Shown here: positions 31,001-39,800 of the stretch, piece after piece
Position numbering within the stretch: position 1 is the first letter of the stretch
Layout of the letters: each line of letters starts with the position of its first letter
Source of the DNA: Caecitellus pseudoparvulus
Lineage: Eukaryota > Protista > Bigyra: Bicosoecida
Length of the DNA: 43,554 nt
NCBI GenBank assembly: GCA_965644315.1
Contig: CBFFRQ010000186.1
Coordinates: 1 to 43,554, forward strand
Direction: 5' to 3'
Translations under genes and position numbers: made by a program
The notes under the pieces: model-generated
The model's input: only the letters and a program-made list of their open reading frames with translations
Told to the model about the DNA's origin: nothing
The model's database searches: none

Positions 31001-32079
31001 GCGCTGGCATTGCTGGGGCTGGCGTGTACACCTTCGCGGAGGTGAACAGAAAGCGTCATTGGTGGGCGCAGCAGGCCAAGCTCAGGCCCTGGGATGCAGA
31101 GACAAGTGACTTTCCGCACATGGCCGTTGCCGCCTCGCACAGCCTTGGTGCCTTCTCCTCGCCCGGTGATGACTCGGCTGGCCCGGACGCTGGCGCCGTG
31201 CACGTGGTGTACCCGGCCTTCACTGCAGAAGACGTTGGACTGCAGGCAGAGCCTGGGACAGGGTACACGTTCCCTTGCAGTAATGCCGAGTACCAGGCAA
31301 CCCCAGCCTTCGTCGGCACGTCTCCAACTTGTCGGGCCTGTTCGTCAGGACCATGCCCAACTGGCTTCTTTGAATCGGCACAGTGCACAGAGTCTGCTGA
31401 CCGTGTCTGCACGGAATGTAGCCCTGGATGCCCTGTGGGTGTGCACACCATCTCAGCTTGTGGTCCAAGCAGCGACATTGTCTGCGGCAGCGCACTTTCC
31501 GAACCCCTCCCACTGGACCCACTTGCTCCCCCCGATCGGGCCAAGCAAGCCCTTGCAGCGGGTGTACTCTCAGTTCCTGACATCCAAAAGCAAGCCCTCA
31601 AGTCGCTCTTTTCATCGACCCATGGTGCAAACTGGGCCGCCCATGCACGGTGGCCAGTCGAGGCCACCGGCGACCCTTGCAGCGGTGCGTGGCACGGCGT
31701 GGCATGCGATGGGCTTCACAACATCGTTGGCTTAGCCCTCCCACGAGTGGGCCTCAGCGGGAAACTGCCGTCTGATCTGGCCAGCACACTGCCCCACCTG
31801 GTGGAGCTTGACATATCCTTCAATTTCCTGACTGGTCACCTGCCAGACCTGTCTTCTCTTCGCAACCTCCGGGTGCTACACCTGGACCACAACTACTTCC
31901 TTGGCCCAGCTCCAGCTTGGCTGGCAACACTCCCGCAGTTGATCAGCCTGCAGCTGTCAACACCAGATGAGAGCAGGGGGCTGCACGAAGCCCCAGTCGC
32001 AGGCTCTCCTTCGTGGCCGCTGGATCCCTTGCGAGACCGAGGCGTGCACGTGGTGGTGAACCAACGACGCCCGGCATAG
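28069..32079 (+). CDS. Secreted mosaic protein: lamin-tail domain + 7 ELWxxDGT-type repeats + 7 FG-GAP repeats + TNFR-like Cys-rich region + LRRNT/plant-type LRRs
   Basis: Intronless ORF. Signal peptide from ATG 28069; LRITEVM...WVEVTNFG.QPWNLTG (LTD); LLFTADDGVHGSELWRYTG-type repeats; EFGAAVGLHGGNLVIGAPG-type repeats; CRACSSGPCPTGFFESAQCTESADRVC; DPCSGAWHGVAC...LSGKLP...LDISFNFLTGHLP. Confidence 0.88.
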   Translation: MPGSRAKRCLVFFASFSYALATQLRITEVMVASRMQHRDLNVSWVEVTNFGHQPWNLTGASLSTGDHVNKNNSVYSEIILQPFRSALLHSGLDDKKVDQAVREAWGLPSDTLVVGVRPFRPDAEPLHLSREATGMVTLFDAGGVLVSRVSWSSTARPGVAMQWSAQGEAFGEAAAGELGAWESSSNSSSERDVGSPALYAVAAVDAVPGSAGLDPQSGIQFGRSFVVSRPPRPDATPLYTLTDFTRQTSRPLLDPQIPGTTSHSLLEWDSWLLFAANTSQHGDEVWAWHGHTNAFFPSPPEMQFDIVPGPQSSSPAFFTAFDGSVFFAASTKEGRRELHFLSHSPVSESLALTNLDAADKQVEAGGSPAQDPYDLMHVPPPSARASATDVGWLVFGATSAAGGTEPWFLAGSSTVPVMLADVCPGPCSSAPTGWVRWRSSLLFTADDGVHGSELWRYTGDMAGPAVLGTDLHMAADIEAGAASSSPRSGVVWRDTFLFIADTAAHGTEVWAWNGEDAPQILFEVQRGPSDSAVQALTEYHGAIFFTAVGTNSGREVWTWEGQGRPRMLFHHPPAGSSGLGSVRSGAHFWRMQGELLWAADDGRHGIEVFRTYKHPDTTDALCVPLQEQSTLGGVWDLRSTLQPVTEQACAFKLTVPGCDHCQLGYSIAVDGAVRFPSQLVATSILQNGGRGAAFVFHRLALTDFTGPKAPFQWTLAATLTGLDDQPGDACGTSTALSGPWLAVGCPAANASAGRVHMFRWGHGAWRLYSTLPSPSTMGVQPEFGAALSMHAHGSGAPTLVVGAPGADVAGVSGAGAASVWELRYGLWEHVQVLMSDTAQSSGEFGAAVGLHGGNLVIGAPGMDGGSGAAFMFIRLPERADPWAAPVKSRILPLDDSRYGHFGAKVAMDSNHFAVAAPSAASGAGAVWVYAFDADLTHVVLHERITALDGKQGDGFGASGVAVVSHPPQVVVAGPAGASAGIAGAGVYTFAEVNRKRHWWAQQAKLRPWDAETSDFPHMAVAASHSLGAFSSPGDDSAGPDAGAVHVVYPAFTAEDVGLQAEPGTGYTFPCSNAEYQATPAFVGTSPTCRACSSGPCPTGFFESAQCTESADRVCTECSPGCPVGVHTISACGPSSDIVCGSALSEPLPLDPLAPPDRAKQALAAGVLSVPDIQKQALKSLFSSTHGANWAAHARWPVEATGDPCSGAWHGVACDGLHNIVGLALPRVGLSGKLPSDLASTLPHLVELDISFNFLTGHLPDLSSLRNLRVLHLDHNYFLGPAPAWLATLPQLISLQLSTPDESRGLHEAPVAGSPSWPLDPLRDRGVHVVVNQRRPA

Positions 32080-32198
32080 TTGCTCGTTCCTGGTCCCTCC
32101 ACAGGCCCCCCCCACCCCGAGGTCACCACTACGCAGGAAACAGCAGCTGACAGGCTCTGCGACTGCACAGTGCATTTCATGGAAGCCTGAGCGCCTGC

Positions 32199-35100
32199 TC
32201 AAGCAGACAGGTCGGAGCGAATCTGCTTCAGCAAGCTGGCAAGCGGCTCCTGAGCCTCGCAGCTGGCGACGAGGCCTGCAAACTCCCGGGTGGACCGTGC
32301 GTCTGGCACGTGCTTGTCAATGCTGTGGATGGCACGCAGAGCCGACCGCATGACGTCCGTTGCGCCCCCAGAGGAGCCCTTGGCAGCCTTGGCGGCAGCC
32401 TGGAACGTGGCCTGGAACTGCTCGCAGATGCTCTTCAGGAAGCCCAGCACCAGGGCTCGCGTCGCGTCATACTGCGTCAAGCGCACCAAGACCTGGTGTG
32501 CGAGCAGCTTGACATCGTCAACATCCATCAGCCCCGCCACGACGCGCTCCATGGCCACTTCAGACACTCGCTCGCGCAGGTGCTGCACGACGGAGTCCAG
32601 GGTCACGAATGCAGCCTTGCGCAGCGCCTCGCCATCGTCCACATCCACCTTGAAAGGACCCACATCCACCTTGCGCTGCAGCTCCTCGTGGGGCTGCATC
32701 TCGTAGCACAGCACTGGCATGATGCCCACCTCCTCAATGGAGCCCTCAGGCTTCTCGCTCACCTTGCCAGCGGCGCTGGTGCCCAGGGCTGTGGGCAGGA
32801 ACAGCCCGCGAACCAGCTCAGGGGCGCTGTGCACGAGGGCGTGCAGGGCCTGCACCGCACCCAGGCGAACATTGAGGTCGGCGTCTTGCAGGAGGCCCAT
32901 GAAAGTGCTCATGACCCCAGCGGAGTCCAGCGCTTCCGTGGCTGTGGACGAGTGCAGGCAGCCCTTGATGGCAGTGACGCTGGTCCAGCGCTTGTTGGGA
33001 GAGTCGCTGGCGGCCATGGCTTCCAGCTCGTGCAGGCACTGCGAGGGGGAGATGCCCACCAGCAGCCCCAGGCACTCCGCCACGACAGTGCGCTCGCCCT
33101 CGTCGTCTGCCCCTGCGCGCGTGTTCAGCACCGGTAGCACGCTGGCAACGTGGGGGGTGAAGTCGGGTCCGTGAGGCACGACGGGCGCGTGGCGCTTGAG
33201 CACTCCTTGCAGCGCGGACAGCAGCAGGTAGTGCCCGCCCTCGGCTGCCGTGGACAGGGACTGCAGCAGAGACACGAGGCCGACGGAGGGGGAGCCAACA
33301 GCGACACCGCCCATGGCAGCCGCAGCGGCCATGCGGACGATGTCCGACTCGCAGGTGAAGGCGCTGACGATGGTGTCCAGGGCAGCCGGTGTCGCGCTCA
33401 GCACGTCTACAGCCGCGCCGACGTCTGCCAGGATGTGCAGCGCGACGCTGCGCTGGGCGTCAGGCATGGCGTCGTCCTTGACGGCCGCCAGGCCGCCAGT
33501 GATGGCGCCCTGCACGCTGCCCTCGCCACCAGCCCGCAAGACCACCGCGCTGACACTGGCGATGTTCAACACGGTCTGCTTCTGCACCGCGACGGGGGCA
33601 GCAGCCGTGCCTGAGCCACTGGCGGCAGCGCCCGCCGCACCATCCTCCACAGACGCAGACAGCGCCTGAGCGAGCGCCTTGGGGTCTGCGCCGCCCTTGG
33701 TCACGAGGGCGTGGAAGAAGGCCTTGCAGTCGTCCAGGGCAGCGCCCTTCAGAGCAGGCGAGGCCACGAGCTTGATGCTGGGCGCCAGCGCCTTGCCGTG
33801 CATGCCTGCGGCAGAGCTGGGGACGTGCTCCAGCACAGCGCAGGCCAGGCGCACGGCGTTCTGTGCCAGGTTCAAGTCGCTGCCCGCGAGGATGGCGGCA
33901 GTGGCGTCCACCAGTGCGTCTGCGGTGGGCGCCAGGTGGCTGCCGTGGGAGGCGGTGATGGCGGTGAGGGTGCCCAGGGAAGCGTGCACCAGCTGCCAGG
34001 AGGCCTGCCGCGTCAGCGCAATGCACTGCTCCACGATGGCCTCCAGGACCGTGCCGCTCTCTTCCACTGCAACAGAGGACAAGTCCAGCCCCAGAGGCGA
34101 CTCTGCCACGTGCGTCAGCGCCTTCAGTGCGGCGATGCGGGTTGTCTCCGCTGCCAGGCGGCGCAGGAAGAGGGGGTAGGTCTGGGCCACCTTGGGCCCC
34201 AGCACGTCGCCCAGGTGAGCCACCAGCAGGCCCATGGAGGTGATGGCCATCTCTTTGATTTCCTGGTCCAAGTCAGCCGCCGCCAGCTTGGGCAGGATGG
34301 CGCCGAAGAGCGTGTCCACCAGGCCGGCGTCCTTGCTGCCTGTGGAGTGCATGAGCAGAGCCATGCGGCCGCTAATGCGCAGGCCCTCCGCGACGCTCTT
34401 GAACCAGGAGTCAGACAGCGCCTTGACGGCGATGTCGCACAGCGTGGACATGTGCTCGGGGAAGGCGGTGGCGGGGATGCAGTCGGGCATCTGCCGCACC
34501 ATGAGCAGGGCTGCCTGCCGCACGCTGGTGTTGCCATCGGCCAGTGCGGGGGGCACGGCACCCAGCAGGCTGCCCACCTCCAGCTCCAGGTGGTGCCCTG
34601 ATGCAAGCACGAGTCCGCCCAGGACGTTGAAGCAGGCTGCTCGCGTCTTGACGTCGCGTGCCTCCGTCTTGCCCAGCAGCTTGATCGCTTCGGCGACGAT
34701 GCTGGACACCATGGCGTTCAGGGTGGGCCCCGCACTGCGCTGGCGCACCAGGGGAGCCGGCTGCAGTGGCGCAGGGGGCGCGACAGGCACTGCGCCTGCC
34801 TCTGAGCTGCCAGCTGGGGCGCTGGCTCCGCTCACGCGGTCTGCAGCGCTGCCCTCCACCACCACTGTGGCTTTGAGCAGGGCCACGAAGCACTTGAGCA
34901 CGTCCACGCGCACCGTCTGCTCGCGCTCACGGAACTGCACCAGCAGGGGGCTGGCGATCTTGGCGTACGCGTCGTGCAGGCGCTCGGGGCGGGTGGAGAT
35001 GATGCCGGTCAGGACAGCCACGGCGCCACGTCGCACCTTCCAGCTGGTGTCGTCGTCCACCTCCACTTCGTCGTACTCGCCATACTCATCGTCCATGTCC

Positions 35101-36325
35101 AGCCCCTCGTCGTCATCGCTCCCGTACTCGTCGTCGCTCTCCATGGCGTCGTAGTCGAAGTTCGGGTCGAAGTCCAGGAACTGCACCGCCACGTCAGTGA
35201 TGGTGTCCAGGTGCCCCGTCACCTCCGCGGGGCAGCGCAGCACGAACGCCTCCAGCGCCTGGAAGCAGGCCTCGCGCAGGTCGTTGCCGCTGTCTGTCAT
35301 GGCTGCCTCGTCCTCCGCGTCCCCAATGCAGCCCAGGAACAGAGGCACGATCTCACCCAGGTGCTGCCCCAGCCGGTACCCCACTGTGCGGGCGACGGCT
35401 GAGATGGTGCGAATGGCAGCCTGGCGCCCCTCGGCCGAGGAAGCCTTCTGCAGCAGGTCCAGCACGCGTGTGATTACCGTGCCCAGCTGCTCGTCATTGA
35501 TGTGCTGGGACAGTGCCCCCATGGCGCTGGTGGCCCGCTTGCACACGTCACTCTCGCCGCCTTGCAGCGCTGCCAGCAGCACATCGATGGCGCGGTCGTG
35601 CTGGGAGGGGTCTTTGTCCCCGAACCGCTTCAGCAGCTCCCGGGTGACCTGCAGGCAGTCCCGCTGCATGTCGGGCGCGCCTTCCGTGATGCCGCCCAGC
35701 ATGCTAGGCAGCACCACCTTCACCAGCACTGCACCGTGCGCCGGCGCCACCTGGGTGATGGCGTGCGTCATGCCGACGCAGTACACGTCACGCATCTCCG
35801 CGCGCTCGCCGCTGCAGATGTGCTTCGTCAGGTTCGTGGCGACATCCTGCACCAGCTTCTCCCCTGCGCGCCGCATCATGGCCTGCAGACTGCGAAGGGC
35901 CAAGCAACGACGCTGGGTGCGCAGGCTGTGCGCAGTGCACTGGCCACAAGCACGAGCGCACGCACCACTTGACTGCTCCAGCCTGCACGTCTTGGCTGGG
36001 GTCGCTCTGCAAACGGTCCAACACCAAGCTGCTGATCCTGTACGGAGCGAGGGGTGAGGGGAAGGGTGCGGAGGCTCCTGCGCAGAGCAGCCACCACGCC
36101 AGGGGAAGGAAGCTCACTTCTGCTGCATGCCAGGGTCCAGGGCCCTGTCCTTCTCCAGCTCATCGCACAGATCGTCCATAGCAACGGTTCGGACATCCTT
36201 GTCGTGGTTCACGGCCTGTGCAGCGCCAGGGCAGACAGCGTTCAGCACGTCTATGTGCCCGCCACCACGCCTTGCCGCCGTACCTGCTCCAGCACAGTGC
36301 GCAAGTCCACGGCTCCTGCTGCCAT
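32199..36325 (-). CDS. CAND1: Cullin-associated NEDD8-dissociated protein 1 (TIP120; HEAT repeats), 4 exons
   Basis: Exons 36325-36284, 36215-36118, 36037-35966 and 35889-32199. N-terminus DKDVRTVAMDDL...DVQAGAVKCL; LREACFQALEAFVLRCP, FDPNF + acidic loop, DDDTSWKVRR, FREREQTVR, DLDQEIKE and VDVGPFKVDVDDGEALRKAAF. Confidence 0.96.
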
Positions 36326-36853
36326 GTTGCTGGGGTTCTGGTAGCGTTTAAAAGGGGTATGGGCGCCCTGCACTTGCGGGCCTCCAGGCGCAGAGTGTGC
36401 ACGCTGTCCTGGCGGTGCAGATGCTGACACGGGCCTGGCCAGGTGCAAAAGGTAGCTGTGAACCGGCAGCTCAGAGGACCTGGGCGCATGACTGGGGGTG
36501 AAGAAATGTGGTCCGCTGGCTCACCGAGTGTCGTTGCTGTCAGCTCGCATGCGTGGGGCCAAGACGCCCCCCCCTCCGTCACTCACCGTCGTGTTGGAGC
36601 GTGCTGCCGAAAGCGAAGGTCAGGGTGCTTGCTGCCGACTTGGCTCAGCTGCCACATTTCCAACACTTTGCAGGAATACCCATGAAGGCGTGGCCGACTG
36701 TCGCACAGAGCATACACTGCGAGGCCTCCCACCCATGTTCGCTTCAGCTGCGGAGGACCAGGCTGCGTTGCAGGCAAGCGAGTGCCCTGCGGAAATTGCG
36801 AGATCCTCAGCCGAGTGCCAGGGAAGTGCTGCAGCGCCACTCCCTGCAGCGCC
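36326..36853. promoter_or_regulatory. Putative bidirectional promoter region (CAND1 / FAM135)
   Basis: Divergent starts 528 bp apart; contains TGCGGAAAT at 36788-36796. Confidence 0.5.
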
Positions 36854-39800
36854 ATGCCGCTCATTGTGTCATGCGAAGTGACGTGTCACTTTGCTAGTTT
36901 CAGGAACCTCGACTTGCTGCGGAAAGGGTCCGTGCGGCGCACAGAGGCGCCAGCCAGCGCCCCCCGCTGCATGCCAACCACGCCCTGCTCCCAGACTGTA
37001 CCGCTTGGAGGTCAAGGTGCTGCCGCCGAGGGACCCCGACCAGCCCGAGCACGCGGAGGAGTGCTACACTTCCAGCATCCCCTACACCTGCTTCGCGGCT
37101 CCTCGCAAGCTCAGCTCCTTTGCAATCTCCAGTGGAGTGGTCAGTCTGGCCCTGCTTCACTGCACTTTCCTTGGCCCACGCTCGCCGCTGCTACGCCCCG
37201 TTCACAGGTCTCAGACAGCGCCTCTGGCTCCACCCCCGGCTGCATCAAGGACTCCAGGTCCAGCTACGTGACTCGCTCCGTGCACGTGCGGTACAACGAC
37301 GAGGTCTTTGACTTGAACGAAGGCGCCACCTTCCGGGTGTCTGCGCCGCTGACAGCCTTCGAGGCGGACGCGGTGCGCCTGCTGCTGACCCTGCACCACG
37401 CGGAGGCAGAAGTGGTGCAGACACCCGACATTGACGCCCAGGGCCTGCTGCCGCGCCACGAAGCCCGCATCGGCATTCGGCGCAAGGGGTTGTTCGCGCC
37501 CGTCGCGCCACGTACCCTGGCGTTGTCAGGCCTCCTCTCCGGCTCCATCCACGGCCTGTACCCTGTCATCTTCGACATGAACCACCTTGCTGGCGTCGAC
37601 GTGCAGGTGCATGCGGGCGTCACAGGGGTGGCGTTCCAAGCACCCCCTGTGGCCGCACTGGGTGCCGACGCAGCCGCCGTTAGACCAGACGGCAGGCCAG
37701 GCTCCCAGACAACCCCACGTAGCCAGGCCTCCAGCGGCATCGCATCCTGGCTGCGTCGCATGACCGTGGGGAGTGACGCAGGCCAGCTGCACACCCCACA
37801 GCGCAGCCCCGTGCTCGTGCCGCCGTCGGCATTCAAGCACAGTTCTTCCGGCCCCAGCACCCGCCCAGCTCAACGGTCCACCGGCCCCACGCGGCGCGGA
37901 GCGTCAGACACAGACGTGCCCACAAACCCAGCTTTGCGTGCAGCGTCCCCTTGGTACATCGACTCGCTCTGGCGGTTTCTCTTTGCTAACCCCAGCCCGC
38001 CTGCAGTGCTGGCGGCATGCCCACACCTGCCACACGGTTCTGTGAAGACTGCAGCGGACCAAGTGCCCCCTGGGGCCATTCACCGCGCACATCAACTCAT
38101 GTTGCTGCCCCTGCTGCGCACGTATGCCAGTTTGCTGGCCTTCGCTTCCGCTGCGTCGTTGTTGAGTGAAGTGCGCAGGGAACACGTGGCGGCAGGCGGC
38201 ACTGGCAGCAGCGTCGCGAGCAGAGCGCACGGGCAGCGGACACCCAGCATTTGCCAAACGCCCCGCACACTGCAACATGCAGACGGCACCAGCAGCGAGT
38301 CCGTCCTGCCCCCTCGACGGGGCAGCTACAGCCGCTTGCGAGCAGCGACAGTGGAAGGCCGCCCCGCCGGGCACGCGTCTGTGCCACTGGACAGCATTCT
38401 CCCGCTGCCGAACTTGCCATTTGCACTGCAAGCGCTGGTTCAGGCAGCTGGGGGGCGGGCGGTGGTGTTCGCAGACCTGCATGTGCTGCTCCCCCAGGGG
38501 CAGTACGGCGACACACGTTCCACGCGCACGGCAGGCTTCGATGCGCCCTCCACCGCTGCCACACGCGCACAGCGCAGGCGTCGCAGCACGCCCGATTTCA
38601 GCATTCCAGATGACGTGACAGATGGCTTTGGGGTGGCGTTTCAGGGTGCCAGCGTCCCTGGCAATCCGCCGGTTACCCTGCAGCCGTTCGCGTCGCGTTG
38701 CCGGTCGCACTCTGCCGGAGACGTCGCCACAGCCCTGCTGCAGGAGATGCAGCATGTTCGCCAGCACTTGTTTGCTGCGTGGGTTGAGGTCGGCAGCTTG
38801 CTGGTTGGGATCAGTGACAGCATCGGACCATGCTTGCGGCGAGCTTGGCGTGGCGTCGCGGCGGCGGCTGCGCTACGTGGCAGCATGAAGCGTGTCTTCT
38901 GGACCGGCCACGTACCACCCCCGCTGCCAGTACTGGTGCCAGGGGAAGTCCCTGTGCCGGTCAACCTCCTTGTGCCAGGCGCTGGCGGCCGACCACCTGC
39001 AGGGGACAGCGCTGACGAGTGGGACGAGGCAGACACGGTGCCACTGCCGAACGAAGATGCGCCCTATGGGCACAGCACTGCCAACCACATCGCCCTCACA
39101 GTGGCGGCAGTTGTGTCGGACACCTTGCGCCAGCCTGAGCTCGGGGCTGGGAGGGGGGGCGCCTCAGCTGCCCGCCCCCCGCCCCCGCCAACGGTGCCTC
39201 AGCCTCCGACACCTGCCCAGCCTGCGCCACCACTGCCCCGAGAAGCCAGCTATGAGTGGAGCACGTTCGCGGGTGCGACGGCTTCTGCCATGACAGAAGC
39301 GCCGCCCGACAGCCCGACTAGAGGTCGCATGAAGGATATGCCCAGCACGTCGGCACTGCAAAACAGAGCCTACCCACTGCACGCGACGGCATACGCTGAG
39401 CCGTACCATCACGCTGCGCTGGCGTTGCAGCCGCTCGGCATGCCCATGGATGTGTCGCCCAGCACAGCGGCCTCGTACATGCAAGGTTTGCGCCGATTGC
39501 ACAGTCTCTTGGAGCTGTACACGGCCCACAACCCAGCGGTGCACCCACGCGCGTCCTCTCCTGCAGACCTGTTGCAAGCTGTGCTGTTTGGGCCAGGGGC
39601 GGTGGAGCACTTGAGTGCCACGCCGAGCTCAACAGCGCGGGGCCGGCTGTCTCAGCTGCGCGCCGAGTCTACTCGCCGGTGTGCTCTGGACGTGGATGCG
39701 ATGTGCCGCTGGAGTTGGCGCGCGTTCGATGCCGTGGCGGCTTCCGCTGTGGCTGGCCTGCGCCAACTGGAGATGGGGGCTGCGACGGGGCGTGGCGCGC

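Noticed and set aside
28870-31215. Repeats as a CRISPR array or DNA tandem repeat
   Set aside because: Repetition is only at the protein level; there are no identical nucleotide direct repeats with spacers.
32290-36057. Long + strand ORFs antisense to CAND1 (and similar shadow ORFs elsewhere)
   Set aside because: Expected by-product of high GC3 codon bias on the coding strand; no recognisable motifs.
36782-37207. Unspliced N-terminus of the 1770-aa ORF
   Set aside because: Two GT-AG introns and a different-frame exon 2 give the FAM135-like N-terminus; the read-through is coincidental.
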